A stretch of DNA of 64,000 nucleotides. Origin: Gammaproteobacteria bacterium. GTDB lineage: Bacteria; Pseudomonadota; Gammaproteobacteria; Pseudomonadales; Pseudohongiellaceae. The translations under genes and the position numbers were made by a program. The stretch covers positions 228,880 to 292,879 of the forward strand of contig JBPOFS010000004.1 of NCBI GenBank assembly GCA_051252515.1, in the 5' to 3' direction. The notes beneath the pieces were generated by a model, which worked only from the letters and a program-made list of their open reading frames with translations, did no database searches and was not told where the DNA came from. Shown here one piece after another: positions 9,783 to 18,605 of this stretch; the stretch's first letter is position 1, and every line of letters begins with the position of its first letter.

Positions 9783-9956
9783 TCAAATAGCGCTGATCTA
9801 CACCCAATTATCTACGCCAAGACCTCGGTTTGGCCCGAATATACCTCGATATATCGACGGGCTGGCGCTTTGTAGGAATTTGTCCATATTGCATCCCGCT
9901 AACTTGGTGGTATAAAAATGTCTTGAACAAAAACCACCAACATGGAGTAAGTTAAA

Positions 9957-11276
9957 ATGATTAAGAAATGTATATTCGCTTTAGTCGCAAGCGTCAGCTG
10001 TATAGTAGGATCAGGTACAATTGCTAGTGAACTTTCGATTGAAGACCCTTCAGATAAATTTCCCGATACCTATGTTAAAGACCGGTACTTCGTAGGATTC
10101 GAATACCCAAACAGCGCTGAAGAAAGGATTGTTGATCTTCCGAATTTTGATCTCAAAGAAAAAGTACCTTTTGGTCAACACTCGTCAGGCCAGAGTGGGC
10201 AAGAGATTGCAGAGCGAATTGGCCTTAAAGGTGAGGTGTTATCGATCTATGACACTTTGAACACAATTTATATTTCGGCGACTAGAGAGGAAGCGCTTAG
10301 GTTAGAAAAAGACCCAAGAGTGCTTTATGTTGAACAAGACATTATCGCATCTGGCCAGGCTACTCAATATAGTCCGGGTTGGGGGCTAGACAGACTCGAC
10401 GAATCTGGCCCAGGGACTCCAGATTCAACTTACAACTACTCCTACACTGGAGCTGGACAGACAATCTACGTTTTAGACTCTGGCCTAAGTGTTTCTCTTT
10501 CCGGAGTGATCGCTGAGTTTGGTTCCCGTGCCTCTGTCGTTTACGACTATATGGGATTGAGTGGTAATGATTGTCATGGTCACGGGAGCTCAGTTGCAAG
10601 CGTTGCTGCTGGAGCAACTCACGGGGTGGCAAAAGGCGCAACAGTAGTAATTGCAAAAATTACCATTGATACAGTAGATGGTTGTACCAAAAGTTCGTAT
10701 ATAAGCACTTCAGTTGACGCACTTAACTGGTTAGCTACAAATGAAGATCCAGGAACCATTATTAATTGGAGTAACGGGCTAAGTGATCCACTAGGGGTTT
10801 GTTCACCAGTGTACAGTGTTGCCCTAGAAAATGCATTTGGTGCCACATACGCTGCGGACATGCTAAATGTGGTGGCTGCTGGTAACGATGGGTGTAACAC
10901 AGCTGACTACTCACCAACAGCGTTGGCAGATACATTTGTAGTTGGCGCTACGTCCGCTCCTACGACTACTTACGATCCCAAATGGTATTTTTCTCGCACT
11001 GGTACCAATATAGCTACTTTCGCCCCTGGAGAAAACGTTGCTGTAATGGATATGTATGGTAGTGGCACATCGAAGAATGGAACTTCGTTTTCCGCACCGT
11101 ATGTAGCTGGTATTATGGCCGTGGTCTGTGAGGCATCCGGGACAGATTGCGCGACTTTAAGTACTGCGACAAAATATGCTTCTTTTAAATCATCTGGGTC
11201 TACAGGTACAGTAACAGAAATAGGAGGAGGCACACTTATAGGTGCAACTTCACGATTTATTTGGCAACAATGGTAG
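9957..11276 (+). CDS. Secreted subtilisin-family (S8A, proteinase K-like) serine protease with I9 propeptide
   Basis: 439 aa with a signal peptide and an I9-like propeptide (TIYISATREEALRLEKDPRVLYVEQD). The catalytic triad blocks are IYVLDSGL (Asp), DCHGHGSSVASVAAG (His) and GTSFSAPYVAGIMA (Ser). A GGAG sits 9 nt upstream of the ATG. Confidence 0.9.
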   Translation: MIKKCIFALVASVSCIVGSGTIASELSIEDPSDKFPDTYVKDRYFVGFEYPNSAEERIVDLPNFDLKEKVPFGQHSSGQSGQEIAERIGLKGEVLSIYDTLNTIYISATREEALRLEKDPRVLYVEQDIIASGQATQYSPGWGLDRLDESGPGTPDSTYNYSYTGAGQTIYVLDSGLSVSLSGVIAEFGSRASVVYDYMGLSGNDCHGHGSSVASVAAGATHGVAKGATVVIAKITIDTVDGCTKSSYISTSVDALNWLATNEDPGTIINWSNGLSDPLGVCSPVYSVALENAFGATYAADMLNVVAAGNDGCNTADYSPTALADTFVVGATSAPTTTYDPKWYFSRTGTNIATFAPGENVAVMDMYGSGTSKNGTSFSAPYVAGIMAVVCEASGTDCATLSTATKYASFKSSGSTGTVTEIGGGTLIGATSRFIWQQW

Positions 11277-11332
11277 GCGAGTGATAAATTCTAGATTCGT
11301 TAAAAGGAAGTTAATTTAAAAGGAGATATATT

Positions 11333-11860
11333 TTGACAATCAAAAGCATTCTTTTTCTTGGAATTGTATCAATAGCTACAGTTACATCGTTTGCTGCCGA
11401 ATCACCTGAGTATTCCACAGGGAAGTTGTTGCTACCGGCTGTTGACGCAGATGGAAAGCCTGGTTTCTTTCAAGATGTAGTGATCGAGGCTGCTGGTGAA
11501 AATCTTTGGCGGGTCTCTGAGCTTTATGAAGGGATCCCAATTAAACAAATTGGCCAGGTTGAGTTGATTAAAAGCAGCTCAATGCCAGTGCAAGTCTTTC
11601 TGAAAATATCTGGCTCAATTACTGGTTGTAATGGGTTTGGTAGAGTTAGTACCGTGTTAGGTGGTAGTGCATTCAACTTAATTGCCTATTACGAAGTTGA
11701 TAAATTACCGCCTGGTGAAATTGTATGTGGACAATCCTTAACACCGTACAGCGAAACTATTCCTCTACCGGTTTACGGATTGGATGCTGGCACATACTCA
11801 TACGACGTAAATGGTGAGTTTTCTGGAACATTCACACTTGATAGCAAAAATACGCTGTAG
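11333..11860 (+). CDS. Small secreted protein of unknown function (two Cys, beta-rich)
   Basis: 175 aa with a TTG start 6 nt after a strong AAGGAGA. It has a signal peptide (ATVTSFAAE) and lies 57 nt downstream of the protease. A strong terminator follows. Confidence 0.65.
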   Translation: MTIKSILFLGIVSIATVTSFAAESPEYSTGKLLLPAVDADGKPGFFQDVVIEAAGENLWRVSELYEGIPIKQIGQVELIKSSSMPVQVFLKISGSITGCNGFGRVSTVLGGSAFNLIAYYEVDKLPPGEIVCGQSLTPYSETIPLPVYGLDAGTYSYDVNGEFSGTFTLDSKNTL

Positions 11861-11883
11861 CTAAAAAGTTGTGAAAAATTTAA

Positions 11884-11915
11884 GGGCCAGCATCAAATTG
11901 ATGTTGGCCCTTTTT
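11884..11915 (+). terminator. Rho-independent terminator of the protease module
   Basis: GGGCCAGCATCAA / TTGATGTTGGCCC stem (one G-T pair) followed by TTTTT. Confidence 0.85.
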
Positions 11916-11946
11916 CTTAACAATTAATTGTAAAGGCTACTCGACA

Positions 11947-11965
11947 GATGGGTTCACGGCGAGTC
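11947..11965 (+). repeat. Core fragment of the structured repeat family
   Basis: GATGGGTTCACGGCGAGTC is the exact reverse complement of 8208-8226, and it matches the core of the 14994-15450 units. Confidence 0.7.
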
Positions 11966-12311
11966 ACCGAGATGCTAGATACTGCGCTACCTAAGCCAGA
12001 CCCTTATAGTCCATTTGAAATGCATATCAGAGCAGATATGACTTTCCAAATACTTAAAGCCGTAGAGATGATTCCAGCGTAAAAGCAGCCCGACCGAGGT
12101 CCGAACGTGCTTCCCACTTGTATCTGTATCAATTTTTAGTCTGTAGTTTCATTCTCTGCAACTGTGTTTCATAATGCGTCACCATTAAACGGGCGGGGAT
12201 TGTTCGGTTTTTCTGTGAAGAAGGGCAATTTTTACAGCTACAAGCGCTATTTATTAGAGGTAAAACAAGGCAATAGATCAATTCTATTCGCTTTTTCCAC
12301 TGAACCGACGA

Positions 12312-13787
12312 TTGGGAAACTCCAGAACTATGATTAATTACAATGATTGGAAAACCAAAGATGTATCTGTTGCTAGCCTCTCACTAGATCCCTTGAATCC
12401 AAGAATAGCGGAAGCTGAGGAGAACCTCTCGCAGAGGAAATTAATCGAATACCTGCTTGAGTACGATCAGGTATATGAGCTAGCAAAGGGCATTGTTGAG
12501 AAAGGGTATTTCCCTACGGAAGCGTTGATTGGGGTCGTAATTGAAGATAAAAAAATAATTCTGGAAGGCAATAGGCGATTAACTGCTCTAAAGCTACTTG
12601 TCAATCCAGATTCTGCGCCGCAGAGTTATAAGAAAAAGTTTAGAAGCCTATCTGATCGCGTTGATCTATCCTTAATAAAGACAGTCAGAGTGGTGTTTGC
12701 ACCTAGTCGCGAAGCTGCTGCTCCCATGATTTTAGCCAAACACACCAGCACTCAGGTTAAGAGCTGGAGTCCAATAATGCAGGCTAAGTTTTATAAACAG
12801 CTGCTTGACGACGGGGTATCTGTAAAAGAACTTTCAGCTCAATATTCAATCACTCCCTCTCAAATAAAGTCGTTTCTTCAAGTCTATGTTATGTACATGG
12901 TTGCCTGTTCTTTAGATCTTCCAGAAGAGATAAAGGATCGGGTTCATGATAGCCGCGAATTTCCAGTTTCGACTCTGAATCGAATTATCTCACAACCAGG
13001 AACACAGAAATTCCTTGGCATTGAGTTTGATGAAGATAACCTACTTGTTGGGAAGGTAAAGCAAGAAGAGTTTAAAAAGGGCTATGCGAAAATTGTAACT
13101 GACATTGCCACAGGCACTGTTGACTCTCGTACTCACAACAAGGCAGATAGCATAAGTAAATATATCAGTGAGCTTGACGAGGACTCTAAACCGAACTTAA
13201 GACGAAAAGGTACATTTACATATCACTCATTGACTGGCGACCCTGAACCTCAGAAAGTTAAAGCAGCGACATCTGCCAAGAAATCGATAAAATCTACTCG
13301 CACAAGTCAATCTGTTATACCTATTGGAGTTAAATGCCAATTAAATGATCGACGAATAAACAATGTGTTTAATGAGTTGAAAAAACTTAAAGTTGCTACT
13401 CATCCAAACTCGAGTGGTATTATGCTCAGAGTCCTGTTGGAGATGTGTGTTGGCTACTATTTAGAACAAGCAGGACTCCTAAATGGGTTATTGGCTAAGC
13501 ATAGAACAGGGAATCGGCCAAAGGGCAATGATTGGGCACCAACTCTTAAACAGATGCTAGGCTATCTGTTAAGCTCAGATGTCCAAATTGACATTACTCC
13601 ACTGACGGTAAAAGCCATTGGAAGATTACTTAATGACACAAACATCTTCTCTGCAGATACTTTAGATTTCTATGTTCACAATCGTAGGTATAGTCCAACT
13701 GAAGAGCAGCTTCGTGCATTTTGGGACTCGCTGTCAGAGGTGTTTGATTTGATTCTAGTAGAGCCGGTATCTAAGAAAAATGAATAA
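12312..13787 (+). CDS. ParB/Srx-fold N-terminal domain + HTH + uncharacterised C-terminal domain protein
   Basis: 491 aa (TTG at 12312, alternative ATG at 12330). ParB-type boxes are LSLDPLNPRI and IILEGNRRLTALKLL. An HTH-like segment reads VSVKELSAQYSITPSQIKSFL. The C-terminal ~250 aa have no motif I recognise. It overlaps the Dam gene by 8 nt. Confidence 0.7.
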   Translation: MGNSRTMINYNDWKTKDVSVASLSLDPLNPRIAEAEENLSQRKLIEYLLEYDQVYELAKGIVEKGYFPTEALIGVVIEDKKIILEGNRRLTALKLLVNPDSAPQSYKKKFRSLSDRVDLSLIKTVRVVFAPSREAAAPMILAKHTSTQVKSWSPIMQAKFYKQLLDDGVSVKELSAQYSITPSQIKSFLQVYVMYMVACSLDLPEEIKDRVHDSREFPVSTLNRIISQPGTQKFLGIEFDEDNLLVGKVKQEEFKKGYAKIVTDIATGTVDSRTHNKADSISKYISELDEDSKPNLRRKGTFTYHSLTGDPEPQKVKAATSAKKSIKSTRTSQSVIPIGVKCQLNDRRINNVFNELKKLKVATHPNSSGIMLRVLLEMCVGYYLEQAGLLNGLLAKHRTGNRPKGNDWAPTLKQMLGYLLSSDVQIDITPLTVKAIGRLLNDTNIFSADTLDFYVHNRRYSPTEEQLRAFWDSLSEVFDLILVEPVSKKNE

Positions 13788-14664
13788 CTCGCACAATCGA
13801 TACGCAAGTCCTTTAAGGTACCCTGGCGGAAAATCCGTACTATATGAGTTCCTAGCCGAGGTCATCGAAGACAATGGTTTACAGGACGGGGTTTATGCAG
13901 AAGCATATGCAGGCGGAGCTGGTGCTGCGCTAAAATTGCTTTTTTCAGAGCATGTAGGTTCAATCGCAATTAATGATGCGGATTTATGTGTATATAGCTT
14001 TTGGAAGGCTGTACTAGACACTCCGGAAAAATTTATTAGGTTAATTGAGAAAACTCCCGTCACAATCGGGGAGTGGCACAAGCAACGCAAGATTTACGAC
14101 AACCCAAGTTCGCGATCTTGTCTCGCAGTGGGCTTTGCCACATTCTTCCTTAATCGATGCAACCGTTCTGGGATTTTAATGAATAGTGGCCCTATTGGTG
14201 GGTACGGACAAGAAGGTCGGTGGTTGCTAGATGCGAGATTCAATAAGGAAGATCTGATAAAAAGGATTGAAAAAATACAGTTGTATAGAGATCGCATTGC
14301 AGTGACCAACCTAGATGCAATCGACTTTCTCGAAGATATTGCTTCTAAAAACCCCCAAAGTTCTAAAGTGTTCGTATATCTGGACCCGCCCTACTACGTA
14401 AAGGGTAGCAGCCTATACATGAACCACTATCAACACGAAGACCACGTAAAGTTGGCAAAATTTATAGGCATTGAGAGTCGATTCAAGTGGGTAATGTCAT
14501 ACGACAATTGCAAGCAGATTAACGAGATTTACGAATCATATAGAAGAATTGCCTTCAATCTTTCATATAGCGCACATACTGCTAAAGTTGGAAGTGAGCT
14601 ACTTATATACAACGAAAGCCTCATAATTCGTGAAGAGACAGAGACTTTACCCGTTGCTTGTTGA
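13780..14664 (+). CDS. Dam-family (D12 class, alpha-type) N6-adenine DNA methyltransferase
   Basis: 294 aa. LRYPGGKS matches the Dam WAGGK block, AEAYAGGAGAA is the FxGxG AdoMet motif, and VYLDPPYY is the catalytic DPPY motif. Confidence 0.88.
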   Translation: MNNSHNRYASPLRYPGGKSVLYEFLAEVIEDNGLQDGVYAEAYAGGAGAALKLLFSEHVGSIAINDADLCVYSFWKAVLDTPEKFIRLIEKTPVTIGEWHKQRKIYDNPSSRSCLAVGFATFFLNRCNRSGILMNSGPIGGYGQEGRWLLDARFNKEDLIKRIEKIQLYRDRIAVTNLDAIDFLEDIASKNPQSSKVFVYLDPPYYVKGSSLYMNHYQHEDHVKLAKFIGIESRFKWVMSYDNCKQINEIYESYRRIAFNLSYSAHTAKVGSELLIYNESLIIREETETLPVAC

Positions 14665-14773
14665 GTTTCATGAGGTGCAACTCGGTTTCAATATAGTCAT
14701 CCAGAACTGTCCGGTTTCATCCCGAATAGTCCAGTTATCTTGGTTTCCAGTGTGAGTTTATCTAGTCTTGTTT

Positions 14774-14810
14774 CACTCAGCAGCCGCATCCCTGCGGCTG
14801 ATGGTCCTGG
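14774..14810 (-). repeat. Partial inverted copy of the structured repeat (small-hairpin part)
   Basis: CACTCAGCAGCCGCATCCCTGCGGCTGATGGTCCTGG is the reverse complement of the unit segment AGGACCATCAGCCGCAGGGATGCGGCTGCTGAG. Confidence 0.75.
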
Positions 14811-14993
14811 GCCCCTAAACTTAACGCTAAACTCGCACGATGTCGCACTCTTCAATATCGCTGAAACCCTAAAATCTATTCGAAGCCCTCTCACTTTGTC
14901 CTTAAGCTCAGCATCAATGCAGAGACTTATCAGTGAACTCACCCCTTAAATCTTCTCGTTAAACTAAAAGTCCGCATGCTTAAAGAAACCCGT

Positions 14994-15450
14994 CGCCAAA
15001 CTTCCCTCAAGTCCAGAGGCTGGTGCTGGATTCAGGATCGAAGGACCATCAGCCGCAAGGATGCGGCTGTTGAGCCCCCACGGACGGGTTCACAGCGAGT
15101 CCTGCGATTCTGAAGCCAGCACCAGACCCGCACTCCGCCAAACCTTCCACAAGTCCAGAGGCTGGCGCAGGCTTCAGAGTCGAAGGACCATCAGCCGCAG
15201 GGATGCGGCTGCTGAGCCCCCACGGACGGGTTCACGGCGAGTCCTGCGATTCTGAAGCCTGCACCAGACTCGCACTACGAAGCACACCCACTACCACCGA
15301 TCGCCAAACCTTCCACAAGTCCAGAGGCTGGTGTTGGATTCAGGATCGAAGGACCATCAGCCGCAAGGATGCGGCTGTTGAGCCCCCACGGACGGGTTCA
15401 CGGCGAGTCCTGCGATTCTGAAGCCAGCACCAGACTCGCACTACGAAGCA
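14994..15450 (+). repeat. Tandem array of three ~145-165 bp structured palindromic intergenic repeat units (REP/MITE-like)
   Basis: The units start near 14994, 15135 and 15302. Each has about 21-nt outer arms (CTGGTGCTGGATTCAGGATCG ... CGATTCTGAAGCCAGCACCAG). These enclose an 8-bp hairpin CAGCCGCA-AGGA-TGCGGCTG and the core GAGCCCCCACGGACGGGTTCACGGCGAGTCC. Confidence 0.9.
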
Positions 15451-15560
15451 CTCAAACTCATACGTAATTTCCCCATCAATCGGCAAGCCCCAAACACCCA
15501 AACTGCGTTATACTCAACGATCACTTTCAAACCCACTAGAAATCATAGTTGCAGCATTCA

Positions 15561-18380
15561 ATGGACAAGACTTACCAACCACATCAGATCGAAAGCCACT
15601 GGTACAAACAATGGGAAGAAAAAGGCTATTTCACGCCTCAAGGACAAGGTGATGCTTACTCCATCGTCATTCCCCCTCCCAATGTGACTGGCCGACTGCA
15701 TATGGGACATGGCTTCCAGAATGCCATTATGGATGCTCTCATTCGTTACAACCGAATGCTGGGCAAAAAAGCCCTTTGGCAGGTAGGTACCGACCATGCA
15801 GGTATCGCCACGCAAATGGTGGTTGAGCGCCAACTGGCCCGTGAGAACATCACTCGCCAAGACCTTGGTCGTGAAAAGTTCACTGAGAAAGTGTGGGAAT
15901 GGAAACAGGAATCCGGTGACATCATCACCCAACAGATTCGTCGTCTTGGTTCCTCTCTGGATTGGAGCCGCGAACGCTTCACCATGGACCCTGAGTTTTC
16001 AAAAGTCGTTGAAAAAGTCTTTATCGAGCTTTATGACGAAGATCTTATTTATCGCGGTAACCGCCTCGTTAACTGGGACCCTAAACTGCACACGGCCGTA
16101 TCTGACCTCGAGGTGATCTCCGAAGAAGAGGATGGTTTCCTTTGGCATTTCCGTTATCCACTGGCCGATGGGGCGTGCACCAAGAATGGCGACAATTACA
16201 TTACGATCGCCACTACCCGCCCAGAAACACTACTCGGTGATACCGCTGTCGCTGTAAGCCCTGACGACGAGCGCTATACAGATCTTATTGGCAAATTCGT
16301 CTTATTGCCCCTATGTGATCGCCGCATCCCTATTATTGCTGACGATTACGTAAACGCGGCCTTCGGAACGGGTTGCGTGAAGATCACCCCTGCTCATGAC
16401 TTTAACGATTATGAAGTGGGCAAACGTCACAACTTAGAGATGATCAACATCCTGACCGATGATGCGGCCATTAACGACAATGCGCCTGCGACTTACCGTG
16501 GGATGGATCGTTTCGATGCTCGAAAAAAAGTGGTAGCCGATATCGAAGCATTGGGCTTGTTAGAGAAAATTGATCCTCACAAACTCAAAGTGCCTCGCGG
16601 TGACCGCACCAATACCATCATCGAACCTTACCTCACTAACCAGTGGTATGTGGCTGTACAGTCCCTTGCGGACCCAGCCATCAAAGCGGTTGAAGATGGC
16701 GACATTCAGTTTGTCCCTAAAAACTGGGAAAACACCTATTTCGCGTGGATGCGTGACCTCCAAGATTGGTGCATTAGTCGTCAACTATGGTGGGGACACC
16801 GAATCCCTGCTTGGTACGACGATGCGGGCAAGATCTATGTTGGCTCCAGCGAAGAAAATGTTCGCGAAAAATATTCGCTCGCGCCAGACCTGCACATCAA
16901 ACAAGACGAAGACGTACTCGACACGTGGTTCTCGTCCGCCTTGTGGACATTTGCGACTCTCGATTGGCCCAATGATAAAGAGATGATGAAAACCTTCCAT
17001 CCAACGGATGTATTGGTCACAGGCTTCGACATCATTTTCTTCTGGGTCGCGCGAATGATCATGATGACCTTGAAGTTTACCGGCGAGATTCCTTTCAAGA
17101 CGGTCTACATCACTGGCCTCGTGAAAGATGAAAATGGCCAGAAGATGTCCAAGTCCAAAGGCAATGTGCTTGACCCGATCGACTTGATCGATGGCATCGA
17201 TCTTGAAGACCTAGTCACAAAACGCACTAGCGATTTGATGCAGCCTCAGCTCGAACAAAAAATTGCGAAGTACACTCGCAAAGCATTTCCCGAAGGCATC
17301 ACGGCTTATGGCACTGATGCACTGCGTTTCACCTTCTATTCATTGGCCTCAACGGGCCGTGATATTAAGTTCGACCTGAATCGCATGGAAGGTTTCCGCA
17401 ATTTCTGCAACAAAATTTGGAATGCCTCACGCTACGTGTTGATGAACACCGAAGAGAAAGGCATCGTATTCCATACAGCCAAGCAAGAAGCATTGCGTGA
17501 ACAGAACTATTTCAGCCTTGCAGATCGCTGGATCATGTCGCGCTTCCAGCGCACTGTTCAAGAGGTCCATGAGCACATGGCGAATTATCGCTTCGACCTC
17601 ATGTCACAAACTATCTATGATTTCTTCTGGAACGAATACTGTGATTGGTATCTTGAGCTTTCCAAGCCTGTTCTTTGGGACGAAGAAAACCACCCCGATC
17701 ACGCACAGACCACTCGTCTAACGCTCCTTTCAGTATTAGAGGCAAGCTTGCGTTTAACGCATCCTTTGATGCCGTTTATTACGGAAGAGATTTGGCAGCG
17801 CGTTTCACCCTTGCTAGACATGCGCGGCGAAGATGAAGAGAAAAGTTTGATGATGCAGTCCTATCCTCAAGTTGACCCCGCCTTGATCGATGAAAAGGCC
17901 GAGGCCGATATCGACTGGGTTAAAGGCATCATCGTGGGCATTCGTAATATTCGTGGTGAAATGGATATCGCACCAGGAAAAGCGATTCCCGTACTGCTGC
18001 GCAATGGCAACAACGAGGATCAGCGTCGCTTAGACGAGAATCGCTTGTTCTTAACGAAGCTGGCGAAACTCGAAGATATTACCTTCCTAGCCCCAGGCGA
18101 TGAAGCGCCGATGAGTGCGACTCAGCTCCACGGTGATGTAGAGATTCTTGTTCCGCTTGCAGGTTTAATCGATAAAGCGGCCGAAGCGACACGCCTCGAA
18201 AAAGAGATTGGCAAGCTAGAGAAAAATCTTTTAGGGATTACCGCCAAACTCTCCAATGCCAAGTTCGTCGATAATGCGCCTGAAGAAATTGTCGCCACTG
18301 AGCGCGAACGCCAACGTAGCAATGAAAGTGCGATTGCAGCACTGAAAGAAAAACTCGCTATGATCCACGCGATGGAATAA
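15561..18380 (+). CDS. valS: Valine--tRNA ligase
   Basis: Class I synthetase with HIGH ([12 protein letters not shown]) and KMSKS (KMSKSKGN) motifs and a C-terminal coiled coil. I prefer the ATG at 15561 (MDKTYQP...) over the TTG at 15549. Confidence 0.96.
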   Translation: MDKTYQPHQIESHWYKQWEEKGYFTPQGQGDAYSIVIPPPNVTGRLHMGHGFQNAIMDALIRYNRMLGKKALWQVGTDHAGIATQMVVERQLARENITRQDLGREKFTEKVWEWKQESGDIITQQIRRLGSSLDWSRERFTMDPEFSKVVEKVFIELYDEDLIYRGNRLVNWDPKLHTAVSDLEVISEEEDGFLWHFRYPLADGACTKNGDNYITIATTRPETLLGDTAVAVSPDDERYTDLIGKFVLLPLCDRRIPIIADDYVNAAFGTGCVKITPAHDFNDYEVGKRHNLEMINILTDDAAINDNAPATYRGMDRFDARKKVVADIEALGLLEKIDPHKLKVPRGDRTNTIIEPYLTNQWYVAVQSLADPAIKAVEDGDIQFVPKNWENTYFAWMRDLQDWCISRQLWWGHRIPAWYDDAGKIYVGSSEENVREKYSLAPDLHIKQDEDVLDTWFSSALWTFATLDWPNDKEMMKTFHPTDVLVTGFDIIFFWVARMIMMTLKFTGEIPFKTVYITGLVKDENGQKMSKSKGNVLDPIDLIDGIDLEDLVTKRTSDLMQPQLEQKIAKYTRKAFPEGITAYGTDALRFTFYSLASTGRDIKFDLNRMEGFRNFCNKIWNASRYVLMNTEEKGIVFHTAKQEALREQNYFSLADRWIMSRFQRTVQEVHEHMANYRFDLMSQTIYDFFWNEYCDWYLELSKPVLWDEENHPDHAQTTRLTLLSVLEASLRLTHPLMPFITEEIWQRVSPLLDMRGEDEEKSLMMQSYPQVDPALIDEKAEADIDWVKGIIVGIRNIRGEMDIAPGKAIPVLLRNGNNEDQRRLDENRLFLTKLAKLEDITFLAPGDEAPMSATQLHGDVEILVPLAGLIDKAAEATRLEKEIGKLEKNLLGITAKLSNAKFVDNAPEEIVATERERQRSNESAIAALKEKLAMIHAME

Positions 18381-18605
18381 CGGAGTCGTAAGAAAATTCA
18401 GTGACACCCACCGTATGACCCTCTCTTGTAAATGCGTCTATTTAGGCGCTTTATGAGAGAGGCACCTCCCCTCTTCCCGAACCTCGTAACGGCTTGCAAA
18501 ATTGCGCAAGGTCGTGGGATAGTAGCTGCAAGCTATTGCCTCGTATAGACGCTTCCAATACCGCTATACGCATCAAAAATAACAATAATTGGGAAATCAG
18601 CCACA

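Noticed and set aside
11916-12311. 0.4 kb noncoding gap inspected for a tRNA, integrase remnant or att site
   Set aside because: There is no cloverleaf-compatible sequence and no T-loop GGTTCGAATCC-type motif. There is no ORF. Only the 19-nt repeat core at 11947-11965 stands out.
14697-14949. Overlapping 81-aa (minus) and 69-aa (plus) ORFs downstream of the methyltransferase gene
   Set aside because: The sequences are low-complexity and run through an inverted repeat fragment (14774-14810). They have no start context and no recognisable motif. They are mutually exclusive and probably noncoding.
15061-15421. Two ORFs of 64 and 72 aa (MRLLSPHGRVH...) on the plus strand
   Set aside because: They are the same repeat unit read in one frame. 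They are Arg/Ser-rich, have no SD, and owe their similarity to DNA repetition, not to protein conservation.
14994-15450. Possible CRISPR array
   Set aside because: The repeating units are ~145-165 bp and internally palindromic. They have no short direct repeats alternating with unique spacers of uniform length, and no cas genes are nearby.
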